A DNA stretch of 64,000 nt from Adineta vaga (Eukaryota; Animalia; Rotifera), in NCBI GenBank assembly GCA_021613535.1, contig CP075494.1, positions 13,826,001-13,890,000 on the forward strand, in the 5' to 3' direction. Of the stretch, positions 1 to 12,342 are shown in pieces (within the stretch, counting starts at the first letter, position 1; each line of letters opens with the position of its first letter). Under the pieces are notes generated by a model. It searched no databases. It worked only from the letters and a program-made list of their open reading frames with translations, and was not told where the DNA came from. The position numbers and the translations under genes were made by a program.

Positions 1-85
1 CTTTAGTAATAATAGGTATTGAACCAGATGAATAGATGAGAAGATCATGAGAAATTATTGATGATATTGATGTTGAGACACTCAT
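1..85 (-). CDS. possible 5' coding exon of a gene running off the left edge (MSVSTSISSIISHDLLIYSSGSIPIITK...)
   Basis: ATG at 85 with the frame open to the window edge, head-to-head with RFC1-A; no recognisable motif. Confidence 0.25.
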   Translation of the reverse strand, partial: MSVSTSISSIISHDLLIYSSGSIPIITK

Positions 86-311
86 AAAGATAGAATTGTA
101 TTTAATTCAAACGGATAGATATGATAAAGCATAAACGCAATAAACCCTGGATGACAATATGTTTCTTTATTTTTCGTTCTGTTGTTTAATCGTTCGACTC
201 GACGGATAAACGATCGATAGAAGTAAATAGAAACAAACAAATATCTCTGATACTGATCAGTCATCAAAATTTATTGATTTATTTGATTTTGAACTACGCT
301 TCTAATTAATT

Positions 312-2824
312 ATGCCAGTCAAAGGCAAAAAAGTATGTCTTCACTAATTTATGATGATACAAAACAACCGCGCATTGTCTTTCTTTTAGCGTTCACTTGA
401 AAATGATGAATCATTATCAAGTTCAAAAAGATCATCTTCATCAAAAAAGACTGCACTCATCAACGATGATGATATTATTGAAGCTGCGACAATTACAGCT
501 GCACCTACTGCGAAACAACTTGATCCATTGGAACGACAACGTAAAGCTATTGTTTACAAAACTTATCTCAACCGAGGTGGATCCGATGCACTTGGTTCAA
601 AAGATATTCCTCAAGGAATAGAAGGATGTTTGAAATCATTAACCTTTGTTATCACAGGTATGAATATAAACAATTCTTTTCTCTCTCGTTTGATCAAACT
701 TCATTTTGTTTCATAGGAGTTTTACCATCTTTAGAACGAGATGAATGTAAAAAGATTATTGAGAGTTATGGTGGACGAGTAACAACTGCTGTTAGTGGAA
801 AAACTGATTATCTGCTAGCTGGACGGGATGTTGGAAAAACAAAAACGGACAAAGCAACAAAACTTCATGTGAAAATTATCTCTGAAGACGATCTACTTCA
901 GATGATTCGAACACGATCAGGAAATAAAGATGGTGATACGAAAAAAACAACTACGAATTCACCTAAACGAACAGTTCCAAAACCAGTAGAAAATACTTCA
1001 TTCGTATCGGTTTCAGCTCCAAAATTGAATTTCTACAACCAAGATGATGGCGTCCTTTGTAAGTTATCCAAATGAAATTTCTATTCTCTTTTTGAATGTA
1101 CATTTTTTTACAAGGGGTTGATAAATACAAACCTACATCATTAAGTCAAATTGTTGGACAACAAACAGACAAATCACCAATGAAAAAACTCATCTATTAT
1201 CTGACAAATTGGCATACATGGCATGCTATGCCTGTAACTGCTAAACGTAAGAAAACGGCTACAATTGCACCAACTGATCCATCAAAGTTCAAAGCTGTTT
1301 TACTTATTGGTCCACCTGGAATTGGTAAGATCAATGAAGAACAAACTTTCATGCTTTATAAGATGATACGAACATTTCTCTATTGAAGGCAAAACGACAA
1401 CAGCTCAACTTGTTTGTAAAGCATTAAGCATGCCATTTATTGAACGAAATGCATCAGACAATCGATCACAAACAACAATGGGAAAAACCGAACTAAATTC
1501 AGCTTATCTGACAGATGATAATCGAACAAGCAATAAACATGTAAAACATCATAATAATACACGCAAATGAATTAGATCTTTTTCTTCTTCGTAGGTATTA
1601 ATTATGGATGAAGTTGATGGTGTAACTGGTAATGAAGATCGAGGTGGTATGCAATCGTTAATCGAACTTATTCGAACAACACGCATTCCAATAATCTTAA
1701 TTGCCAATGATCGTCAAGTCGTTAAAATACGTACATTAATTTCCTATTGTTATGAAATCAAATTTGATCGTCCATCATTTTTAAATGTCAAATCTTTCAT
1801 TCTCGATCTTTGTTCACGTGAACATATTCATATAACACACAATTCATTGGATAATTTAATCAATGTTTGTAATCGTGATATTCGAAAAATTATTCATACA
1901 TTAAATTTATATTATAAACAATCATTATCATTACTAACAAATGTATCGAATTTAGAAAAAGCTCTATCAACAAGTCCATTCGATGCTTGTATGAAAATGT
2001 TTACTTCATCGAATATGAATCTTAATGATAAAACAAATCTTTATTTTCACGATTCTTCATTGGTACCATTATTAATTCAAGAAAACTATATCCGCGTCGT
2101 ACCATCAATAACAGCGGAACGACAACCAGTTGGAACTCGTCAACGTATGAAATTGATTTCGAAAGTAGCAGATAGTTTAGCATTAGGTGATATTTGTTCA
2201 AAACTTAATTTTACCAATGGAAATCGTTCATTAATAGGATATCAGGTAGGATACTAGCTGATCTTTAATTCTTTTTTTTTCTTATTTTATTTCATTAGGC
2301 ATTATTTTCTGGTACTATTCCGACGACATATCTTCGTGGTGCATTATCAGTTGTTCAATTTCCTACTTGGTTTAGTAATATTCAACAGCAAAAAAGTATG
2401 GATCGTCGTTTAATTGAACTTGAAACACATTGTTCATTGAAAACTATGACAATTGATCGAAACGAATTCAATCTTGATTATCTTCCGTGTTTTAATACTT
2501 TATTTAATTCTTATTTACAAAATTCAAATTATAAAGCTTGTATTGATTTAATGATGAATTATTATTTGAATCAAGATGATTTACAAATGATGTTAACATT
2601 ATCGAATTATCGAAAAATGCCAAACGAATTGGATACAAAAACGACATCATCGAACACCATTCAAACAAATTGATATTAATAGAATCAAATTAGGAATGAG
2701 TGGTGCTCGAGAAGATGATGATGACTATCATATGATAATCTCTGATGATGAAGATGACAAGGAAAATCTCACTACCGATAATAATATTACTCGATCAAAT
2801 CGAAAACGTCGAAAAATTCAATAA
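312..2824 (+). CDS. RFC1: replication factor C large subunit paralog A (divergent; BRCT + AAA+; apparent frameshift near 2640)
   Basis: Spliced: MPVKGKK|RSLEN..., LTFVITG|VLPSLERDECKKIIESYGGRVTTAVSGKTDYL (BRCT), LW|VDKYKP, GPPGIG|KTT Walker A, MDEVDG Walker B, IQENY, FNLDYLP; 6 GT-AG introns; C-terminal HRTPF...RKRRKIQ* tail lies in a shifted frame. Confidence 0.9.
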
Positions 2825-2890
2825 TTTTTTTATCTGTTTTGTATTTTTTTTTCTCTCTTTCTTTCTTTTTCTTCTTTTGTATATATTTTA

Positions 2891-2912
2891 TTATTATTAT
2901 TATTATTATTAT
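2891..2912. repeat. (TTA)n microsatellite
   Basis: ttattattattattattattat. Confidence 0.8.
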
Positions 2913-3038
2913 TCGAGATATCTGATTATATGTCGATATTTTTTTTGCATATTAACAGAACATATTAAAGAAAAGATTATGATGCATACCATCATGCACT
3001 ACTGAAAACGATCAAGTCACTTATTCTTAAATTTGTAG

Positions 3039-3499
3039 ATGCATGATAATAATATGGTCGAAGCTATTGATAGTTTTATACATAAAGCGTAAGATAAATT
3101 TGAGCTAAAGCTCTTCTTTATATTTTGCTTTGTTTAGAACAACAGAATTCAAATCACCGAATATGAATATTAATGGTGTTCTTGTTACAGATAAGAATGG
3201 ATTGATACTTGCGAGTAGGAGAGCAAAAGAATGGCATTAATATTGATTCAATGAGTTTTCTTTTGTTAAGGTGAAGATGTAAAACATGATTGTAGTGGAC
3301 CAATTGCATTACTTTCAGATATGGCATCAACACTCTTTGAACGACCTGCTGTTGTTTGTTTAGAAAATGGAGATCAGTAAGTTTTTTAGTACAAAATCTA
3401 GTTCAAAATAGAAATATGTTTCTCATTTTTAGAAAAGTTATCATTCGTGAAGCTGGCAAAACTGTTTTTACCATTTATACTGATGCAACTCGTCGTTGA
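3039..3499 (+). CDS. LAMTOR5: Ragulator subunit LAMTOR5/HBXIP-like, copy A (4 exons)
   Basis: Spliced: (MHDNN)MVEAIDSFIHKA|TTEFKSPNMNINGVLVTDKNGLILA|SEDVKHDCSGPIALLSDMASTLFERPAVVCLENGD|QKVIIREAGKTVFTIYTDATRR*; matches LAMTOR5 GVLCTDSQGL and PVVCLE motifs; absent from the ORF track. Confidence 0.85.
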
Positions 3500-3707
3500 A
3501 ACAAAACTGCGCATAGATTTTCATCGTTATTTTCCCACTATTTCGTACAGTGATTTATTTGTTATTTAAAAAAAAAGAAAAAGAAAAGTTAATCATCAAT
3601 TTGATTATTGCCACATTAAAAATATACATGTATATGTATGATTATTAACTCTAAAAGAACAAAGAAAGGAAACTCAATTGATAAAAAGATAGTTGTAAAG
3701 AAAGAAT

Positions 3708-4155
3708 TCAGGTAGCATTTTTTGTATACACAGCAACAACAGCTTTATCTGTTTCGTGAATAAGTACCTGACTAGATAGAGAAAAATAGAAGAAAGAATG
3801 AATAGTTCTCAATAAAGAATCATCTTACTTTTCATTATGTTCAAGACATACAGTTGTTCGTCGGCCTGATAAAGAAGTTGCTAATTCAGCAAGACGTGCG
3901 ACTGGTCCAGGAGAAATAGATACATCTTTACCTTGATAAAAAAAGAAAGGCCTAATTCGAAAAGAAAATAAGTAAGTAGATTCTTTTTTACTTGTTAATA
4001 TCAAGCCACTTTTATCACAGACAAGAACTCCTTTTGCATCAACACCGATGAGTGTAAATTTTTCTAGCCTAAATCAAACAATGAAAGTATTAAAATGATT
4101 GATGATACGATAAAGCATACGCATTATCAACTAATGTTTGAAAGTTTTTGTCCAT
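3708..4155 (-). CDS. LAMTOR5: Ragulator subunit LAMTOR5/HBXIP-like, copy B (4 exons)
   Basis: Spliced: MDKNFQTLVDNA|LEKFTLIGVDAKGVLVCDKSGLILT|SKDVSISPGPVARLAELATSLSGRRTTVCLEHNE|NQVLIHETDKAVVAVYTKNAT*; same intron positions and phases as copy A. Confidence 0.85.
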
Positions 4156-4300
4156 AATTATTCTACAAAGACTAAAACAAGAAGAAAACAAGATGAATAT
4201 GGGCGGTGGAAAGATGTTATCATAAACACATGTTTTATTTCTACAAAAATCGTGTTGTTATGAATATGATAAAAGAGAGAAAAAGAGGAGTTTAGAAAGC

Positions 4301-4318
4301 GAGAGAGAGAGAGAGAGA
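4301..4318. repeat. (GA)n microsatellite
   Basis: gagagagagagagagaga. Confidence 0.8.
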
Positions 4319-4374
4319 AAGAAATCATGTCTATAGACTAAGGATATTTTATTTAAATGGAAGGAATTTATTGT

Positions 4375-4984
4375 CTATTCTTCATTTCCAGTCAGATGTT
4401 GTTCATGAGTTAATTCACGGCTTGCTTTTTCATCTTTACGTAATCGTCGTCGACGTAAACGCAATTCTCGTTCATATTCTTTTGCATCATCAAGTTTACT
4501 AGATGAAAGAAGAAAAAATAAAACAAAGTTATTAAAAGCATGATTATTAAATGAAAGAAATCTACGATTTATATTCGCATTGTTCCCAAGCGTGACGTTC
4601 AGGTTCACAATAGCCATATTGTGCTGGCCAATACTGTTGTGTACATAGCATAATAGCACGGAAATAATGAGCACAATAATCGCGTTTATCCAGAGGAATA
4701 TTCAAAGTTTGCATTTCTTCTTGAGTATATGGTGCAGCTATAATAATTATAATTTAGAAATTTAAAAACATGTTTTTCTAAATAACAAGTTTTGTTTCAT
4801 TCCTATTACCTTTTGGTTTTCGACCTTCAGGAAAACCATACAACTGAAAAGTTAGACATGCTTTTATGATTGAAACTATCAAACTTTTAGTTCATACCGG
4901 ATCAAATGTTGGTCCCTTATCTCTTTCAGGATATTGTTCAGGATGTCGTGCACGATCGATACTACCACTTATATTGAGACCCAT
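4375..4984 (-). CDS. NDUFB7: NADH dehydrogenase 1 beta subcomplex subunit 7 (B18)
   Basis: Spliced: MGLNISG...PTFDP|LYGFPEGRKPK|...QEEMQTLNIPLDKRDYCAHYFRAIMLC...CEPERHAWEQCEY|...KEYERELRL; RDYCAH and twin CX9C pattern. Confidence 0.9.
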
Positions 4985-5422
4985 TCTATGTATTGTATCT
5001 AAAATAGTATTTTATAGAATTCATTTGTTTCCGAGACCAAAACTAAAGTATTAGTTTAGTTTCTTTTACACAATGTCAATGTATGGTTGATTGTTGTTCG
5101 TGAGTTTTACAAGATACGATTCGCTCTTATAAGTACCACTAGACTTTTTTTTAGATAAATTTTGTATATAAGAGATAGATTTATAGATACAGACCTGAGA
5201 AGATGGCGAAAAAAATAATCTTCAGATTGAAAATATTTGTTTTCAACATGAAGCGAACTCTCTCGATTATTTGATTGGTGGATGAATATACCAATCATAG
5301 TTCGACATATTTTCCATCGCAATTTTTTTTTTCGAGAATCATCTTATCTCAATAAAATTGTTCATTTCCATATTTATATTGATTCTAAATCAAACAGATA
5401 AATATTATCTCATATTCTCATC

Positions 5423-6040
5423 ATGGCAGATATTGTTAAAGCCGGCTGGTTAGTACGTCGTACAACTGTCTTAAAGAATTGGAAACGTGAATGGTTTATA
5501 TTAACCGATGATGCTCGTCTTCGTCGTATGGTTAGTCCTGACAAACAATACGATAAGGCAGATGATGTTTTTCAATTGAGTCGTTGCCGAGAATTACGTA
5601 TCGGGGCGGAACAAGTACCATACAATATTGAACCTCCCGAAGGAACATTACGTGCACAAATGATGCAACTTGTTCCTAGTGAAGGTGAGCCATGGACATT
5701 ATGTGCAGAATCAACAGATGATCTTTTAGCTTGGCAAACATCATTTGATGCTGTTCGTCAGTTACATATCGAACGTTCGCAACAACAACAAGCGCAATTT
5801 AATAATATACAATTACCATCCGGTCGATATGACTTTGCTTATTATCCAGGTGTTTATCAAGGAAATCATCCACATCAAGTCTATCGTGCACCTGATGGAT
5901 CAACACATACAGTTATTTTTGTTGAACGAGGTTCACGTTATGGTACAGGTAGTGATTTAGCAGCTGGTGCTTTAACTGGTTTGGCTCTTGGCAGTCTTAT
6001 GTGGTGGCCATTCTTTATGTTTCCGATGATGTGGTGTTAA
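5423..6040 (+). CDS. PH-domain protein with C-terminal membrane anchor (PLEKHB2/evectin-like)
   Basis: VKAGWLVRRTTVLKNWKREWFIL PH start, LCAESTDDLLAW PH end, Tyr/Pro linker, SDLAAGALTGLALGSLMWWP tail typical of evectins. Confidence 0.8.
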   Translation: MADIVKAGWLVRRTTVLKNWKREWFILTDDARLRRMVSPDKQYDKADDVFQLSRCRELRIGAEQVPYNIEPPEGTLRAQMMQLVPSEGEPWTLCAESTDDLLAWQTSFDAVRQLHIERSQQQQAQFNNIQLPSGRYDFAYYPGVYQGNHPHQVYRAPDGSTHTVIFVERGSRYGTGSDLAAGALTGLALGSLMWWPFFMFPMMWC

Positions 6041-6263
6041 AAACCAAAAGAAAAACGAAAATATCAAATTTTTATCTTTCTCATGTGCAATCTATTTTTG
6101 CTTCTACAATGATCTCTATGTTATTATTGTCTTTTATGTCATAATTGTGAATGTTTTGTACTCTAAAATATTTGGATAAATAAACACAGTACAGAGAATC
6201 TTATCAATGATCGAAAGAATCAAATGTATTTTATTTAAAACTAAAATGAAAAAAGAAAGAAGT

Positions 6264-7417
6264 TTATTTTTTCTTAAGTTTTTCTGTAAGTTCTGGTAAT
6301 ATTTTAAATAAGTCACCAGTAAGTCCATAATCAGCCATAGCAAATATTGGTGCATCACCATCTTTATTAATTGCAACAATAACTTTACTATCTTTCATAC
6401 CAGCAATATGTTGTATGGCACCTGATATACCAATAGCAACATAAAGTTCAGGTGCAACAATTTTGCCTGTTTGACCAATTTGTAAATCATTTGCACAATA
6501 ACCAGCATCAACAGCTGCTCGTGAAGCACCGACAGTTGCTTGTCCAGGAAATAGATCAGCTAAATCATAGAGTAATTTGAAGTTTTCTTTGCTTTTAAGT
6601 GCTCGACCACCAGAGAAAATCTACATATAAAATGAAATTTAAACGATAGAAACGTTTTCTGAATGTACGTACGATTCGTGCAGCAGATAATTCGGGTCGT
6701 TCCGATTGTTGAACTTCACGTGAAACAAATTCTGATTGATCGTTCTTTGGAGCTGCATCAATTTTTTCAATTTGTGCTTGTCCACTTCCACCACCTTCTT
6801 TAGCAGATTCAAATGCTGTACCACGTACTGTTATTAATTTAATTTGATCGTTTGATTTAAGTTTAAGAATTGCATTTCCAGCATAAATAAAACGCAAATA
6901 CTGATCTTTATCAATAACTTTTGTTATATCCGATATTGGTTGAACGTCGAGTAAAGCACCTAACCGTGGTAAGATAGCTTTTGTAAATGTTGATGAACCA
7001 CCGAGAATATGTGTATAGTTATTTTTCTTTTGTAAATCAAGTAAAACAGGTGTTACCGATTCACTAAGTAAACCTTTGAAAGCTGCATTTTCTGCAACGA
7101 AAATCTTTTTTATATTTAAATTATTAAATTTTTGTAGTTGATTTGCAGTTTCATTGGTTTTTTCCGAACCAAAAATAACACAATCAATATCTTGTTTCAA
7201 TTGACTAGCAGCAGTCAATCTGAATATATATGTAAAAGACAAATAGAAAATGTAATTTAAATAAAGATAAACAATATTGAACATACGTATTAAGGGTAAC
7301 GGGTGCAAGTTTACCGCCATCAATTTGTTCAGCGAGTACTAAAGTACTAGCGAAACATCGTGAACGAATGGGTGATGTTGTCAAACGACATATCAAATGT
7401 CGGGAATGTAGCATCAT
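6264..7417 (-). CDS. ETFA: electron transfer flavoprotein alpha subunit, mitochondrial
   Basis: Arg-rich presequence, [16 protein letters not shown]|[55 protein letters not shown]; 2 coding introns. Confidence 0.95.
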
Positions 7418-9414
7418 CTGAAAAAACAAACGATTTTTATTCTTTGTTCGATAGGTATCAGAACAATGCTGATAAATCAAGAAATTATTTTTTTATTAGA
7501 AAAGAAAAGAAAAGACAAGACATGTGTATATTTGATCATTACTTTTCGTTGATTGGTAAATTTTGAAACCCTCTATGACTCATATTTTTAGTGACAGAGT
7601 ATGGTGTATGTGTGAGGAATTACTGATGCATTTAGTTTTTAGTTCTCATTCTAGAAATATTATTAAAACTGTTGAAATCTATCTTTGAATTGATTGAGAA
7701 ATATATCCTTTGGAATAAGTTTCTTTCAGCACGCAGAGTAAATCAAAAATCTTTCTGCTTGTGGAGCCCTCTTCAAAAATGCACTAGTTTTTATATATAG
7801 TTGTTACAGAGCTTTTTTAATACCGATCATATGTGCTAATGTCATATCGCTGACATCAGACATACAATAAAGTGGATTAAAATAAAAGCACTCGAAGAAA
7901 TAGAAATATAGACTGTAAATGTTTGTACATATTTGTTCAAAAAATTCACTTTTTGAAAAAAATATTTATTAACTTGAATATATAAAAACAATTTGTCAAG
8001 CAATAATCGGTGAAATAGTATAATACGAAAATGTATGTCATGTGATAACTCGTTTTCGTAGAAGAATAAGTTGAGATATGGGAGTAGCATAGATTCAATA
8101 TCATAATCTCGATATTAAGTAGATTTCTATTGAACAGATGCGCTTTCGCAATGTATAGAGTAAACAAAATATCATTGCCTATATTTATGCGAAAAAGAAT
8201 GATTTATTGACATTCAAAGAAAAATGGATGAATTCATGCTTTCAAGAAACATCGGTTTCGTCTTTTCACAGATCTGTTTCTTTAAGTGAATTTCCCGCAC
8301 GTCTTACGATATGTAAATCAACGCGATAAATCATCTGGAAGAGTTGTGGGTGAGAGTATGACACTATATTATCGAACAGCTGCTTCATTGTTTGCATCAA
8401 TGCGAACCAGTTATGTCCATTTCATGAGTATGATATACACTCTATTTTTGCTGTTGTTGCTGCTGCTGCACGAGATTCAAAAGCAAGTGTTTCCTTGTCA
8501 CAAGTTCCTCGAAGATGAGGAAATTGTTCTTTCGACGCAAATGTTGGAATGACAATTGCTAAGATCAAAACTACTTGCGTGAAACGCATGATTAAGTTTT
8601 CCTTGCTTCTGTTTTAACACGCTATCTGAAAGAAATAAACGATAATTACTGTCACACAAAACATTGAAATAAAATGACTTTCGAAGCAAGAAGTGAGATT
8701 GCACTAAACCTAAATATTTCGATCGGATGAGTTATTTTTTGAAAGTGACCAGTAATCATTGCTTGTTGTTTATCATTGAATACAAAAGAGAGGTATGTAA
8801 ATAGTATAAAACGTCATCAAAAAGTGTCGATCGTAATAAAATGTTTGTCATTTGGCTCTAGTGATTAACTTTCAATAGCATATCTATCCTAATCAACAAA
8901 ACAAGATACAGATATATGATCAGTCATACTTTATAGATTATCGGGTCATTTTCTTCTATTAGAAAATGTCTAATAAAAAAAGAAAATATCTTTTAACAAT
9001 CAATTTATTTATGCTATAGAAATTTTTGAAAGATGTGAAAATAACTATTGATTTTATTTATCAATCATAAATAAGTTCATTTAGTTCCTATTAAATAATG
9101 AATGATAAAGTCTATTCCTCATCATCTGTTAAGGACGGTATACAAAAACTAGATACAAATATAGTCATTGTAAGGTTAGTGTAAACATATATTCTTTATC
9201 TGATTCTTCAAGTAAGAATATAATTGATCCATTTATTTTTGTATTCACTATGGTACATGCAGTCATAAAATATAATATAGAAAAGTGTTGTTGATACTTG
9301 CGAATCATTGATATAATCAATCAACTGATTTAAATCAAATAATAAGTAAACAGTTATGATGTTAAAAGTTTTATTCCAAGTAAAATAGTAGAAAAATACA
9401 TATATTCTCTTTTT

Positions 9415-11579
9415 TCAAAATAACATGATGGCAATCGAAAGAAAGATAATTAAAAGTGGAGAATTTCCTACTATCACTGTTTTATTTCCTGTGGGTGGTA
9501 AAGGTTTAATGAGTTCTGTACGAGATCGTAATGCTTTCAATGCCGATTCATCATCTTTGAGAAGAGGCTCTAAAATCTTTGCTACTTTTTGATGATAATC
9601 ATCAATTGCATTGATATGTGCATTTGTTAATAAGGTTTCATCAATCAATGATCGTTCATAAGGTACAAGTGTAATTGTATTAAAACGTAAGAATTGCTTG
9701 TTGTCATATGAACTCTTGTTTGCCAATACGACTTCCATATCATTTTCTATACGAATACCAAAATCATCTGGTTTATAAAAACCTGGCTCGTCAGAAAGAA
9801 ACATTCCATCAGCTAGAACTTCTTCATATTCCGAGTATGCAGATGCGATTCGTTGTGGTCCTTCGTGTACACCCAAAAAATGACCAATACCATGCCTATA
9901 TAGAAGAAAAATCAACACACAAATATAATTTTGCTATATGATAATTCTATACGAACCCTGTTCCATGTCCAAAATTCATTCCATCTCTATACAAATGCAT
10001 ACGAGCTAGATGATCAAGTGATCGACCATACATTCCTACAGGAAAAACAGCATCAGCAATATCAAGTACACCTTGTAAGACACGTGTATATGCACGTTTT
10101 TCTAAAGGTTTTGGAGTACCAAAATGATGTGTTCGTGTGATGTCTGTTGTACAATCAAGATATTGACTACCAGCCTTTGAAAATAGGAGATAAATTCAAC
10201 AAATATATCAATATTTCATCGATACTTACATCAAGTAGATAGACAGCATCTTTTGTGATAGGTCGAGCAGTTTCTGGTTCTGCACGATAATGAATGACTG
10301 CTGCACGATCACCCGCTGCTGATATAGCTGCAAAACTAGGAAATTGAAATAAATTCTGTTGCTTTTGATAGACAAGTAATTGATCGGATGATTGTGTTTC
10401 ATTGATTGATTTTCCTTCATTCAATTGTTGTTCAAGCCATCCAATATGTTTCATACGAACAACAGCATCACGTATTTGACAATCTTGCATTCCTTTTCGT
10501 TCTTGTGAATTCTTTTTTGCTTTAATTCGTTGTACAGGTGAATTTGTTAAAGGTAATAAGAGTTTATTTTCTGGTATCAAACTAAATATTGCTTGCGATA
10601 CTTTAGGACTTACCCAAATTCTAGTGACACTCGAATCCATCGCAGTTGTATATAAACGTGACCGAAAAGTTGGATAATCATAAAGACGAACATTAGGAGG
10701 ATATTTAGATACATCAAGTTGTGGTAAATTAACAAATAATTCAGGTGGAGATGTTTCATAATTAGCATGAACTATAGCATAGGATTTGAAGTAAGCATTA
10801 TATGGAATATCAGCACCACGTAAATTAAATAACCAAGCTACTTCATCAAGAGAACTGATAACAGTTGTTGTTGCACCAAGTCGTTTGATTTCAGTGGCGA
10901 CTCGCTCCAATTTTTGAGCAACAGTTTCTCCTGCATATACAATATCATGAGTAACAATTGGTTCTTTAGATTCTTTCGGTCTTTCATTGACTGGCCAAAT
11001 ACGTCCAACTAAATCATCGACAGAACGAAGTTCTTTTCCTATTGCACTCAATGCCTTATTTGCTGATGACCACCAGGTTGTGCTAGTAAAAACAGTTGTC
11101 GTACCTGGTACCTAAGAAACATAAGTTGACTTAATCTATAGTATTACAGTATGAAATCTTACCAAATTTGTTTGATTTGCTTCTGATACTATCCAATTTA
11201 TAAGAGTCGGCACACCTGGATTTCCATCTCTCATCAAAAGCCAATTTGCACAATCGAGTTGTTCTTCAGCTTGAGTAAAATAACGGCCATCTGTCCACAA
11301 TGCTGCTTGTCTCAATGTAACGACTGCTGTTCCTGCTGAACCACGAAATCCTGCAATCCAATCACGTCTTTTGTCGTATGGTTGTGTATATTCACTTCCA
11401 TGTTCATCATCAGCAAAAATAACGTAGATACCAATACCTTCATTTTGCATTTGTTGACGAAGTTTAGCTAAAATTGTCGATGTGTCTTTCTGTGTTGGTC
11501 GTGGTGTACATGTGTTCTGAGCAGTTATATTGATAAATAAACTACTTGTAATAAGAATCGTTAATACGGCGAACATCAT
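9415..11579 (-). CDS. Xaa-Pro aminopeptidase (aminopeptidase P, M24B), secreted and probably GPI-anchored (XPNPEP2-like)
   Basis: Signal peptide, DEHGSEY, FRGSAG, LWTDGRY, LFNLRGADIPYN, HGIGHFLGVHEGP, SDEPGFY, GIRIE, hydrophobic C-terminus; 3 introns. Confidence 0.92.
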
Positions 11580-12342
11580 TTCTAAAATAAGTCAAAATAG
11601 AAAACGAAATCTCTGATCTTATATCTTGAATATCAATCGAATCATAATCATAAAAGATTACGAATAGTTAATGACTAAATTTTATGATATATTTACTTTG
11701 GTTATCAAACGAGTAGTTGAGATCTTACAGAAACAGATATTCTCTCGTTTTCAACATTTCTTTTACTTCTTTCAAGTGCTATTGAGAAAAAAAAACATGT
11801 ATCATTTTCTTGGCTGAATATTTAGCAAATAATCATGACCTAATGTAACCATTTGATTTAATCATAGACGAGAGCCGTATCACTGAAACTTATTGTAATG
11901 ATCATTGACTGATCTTTCGAATAATGTTAGAGATAAGAAAGAGAAAAATAAGAAATAGAAAGAATATTAATGAAACAGTATATCTATGAATCCATGTTTA
12001 GAAGTAAAAGAATCACTAGCCTTCTAATTTATTTTACATGAAAGACCACTATTGAGTTTGTCATTTATGACATATGATGGCATCTAGTTGATTGATTGTC
12101 ATACAAAGCTTTGATTTATTCCTGGCATTGCGTATTCAATCATTGAATTATATTAAGAACTGATAGAATATTTTATTGATCATCAACAAACATACATATA
12201 AACATAAACTGTTCTTATTCTTGACTTCTCTCTGATACTCGTTTATCTCTAATCTTATATATATATATAAATAAATGTATATACAAAAAAACCGATTTTA
12301 TTTTAGAATACAAATGTCTTTTTGTTTGGAGGTTTTCATCTT

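Noticed and set aside
312-2824. RFC1-A as CTF18/RAD17/ELG1 or as a haplotype duplicate of RFC1-B
   Set aside because: It has the RFC1-specific BRCT and shared introns, and is far too diverged from copy B, with different neighbours, to be an allele
8200-8704. Coding-looking, slightly GC-richer patch with short ORFs on both strands
   Set aside because: Interrupted by stops, with no recognisable motif or consistent splice structure; it could be a decayed gene but I cannot support a call
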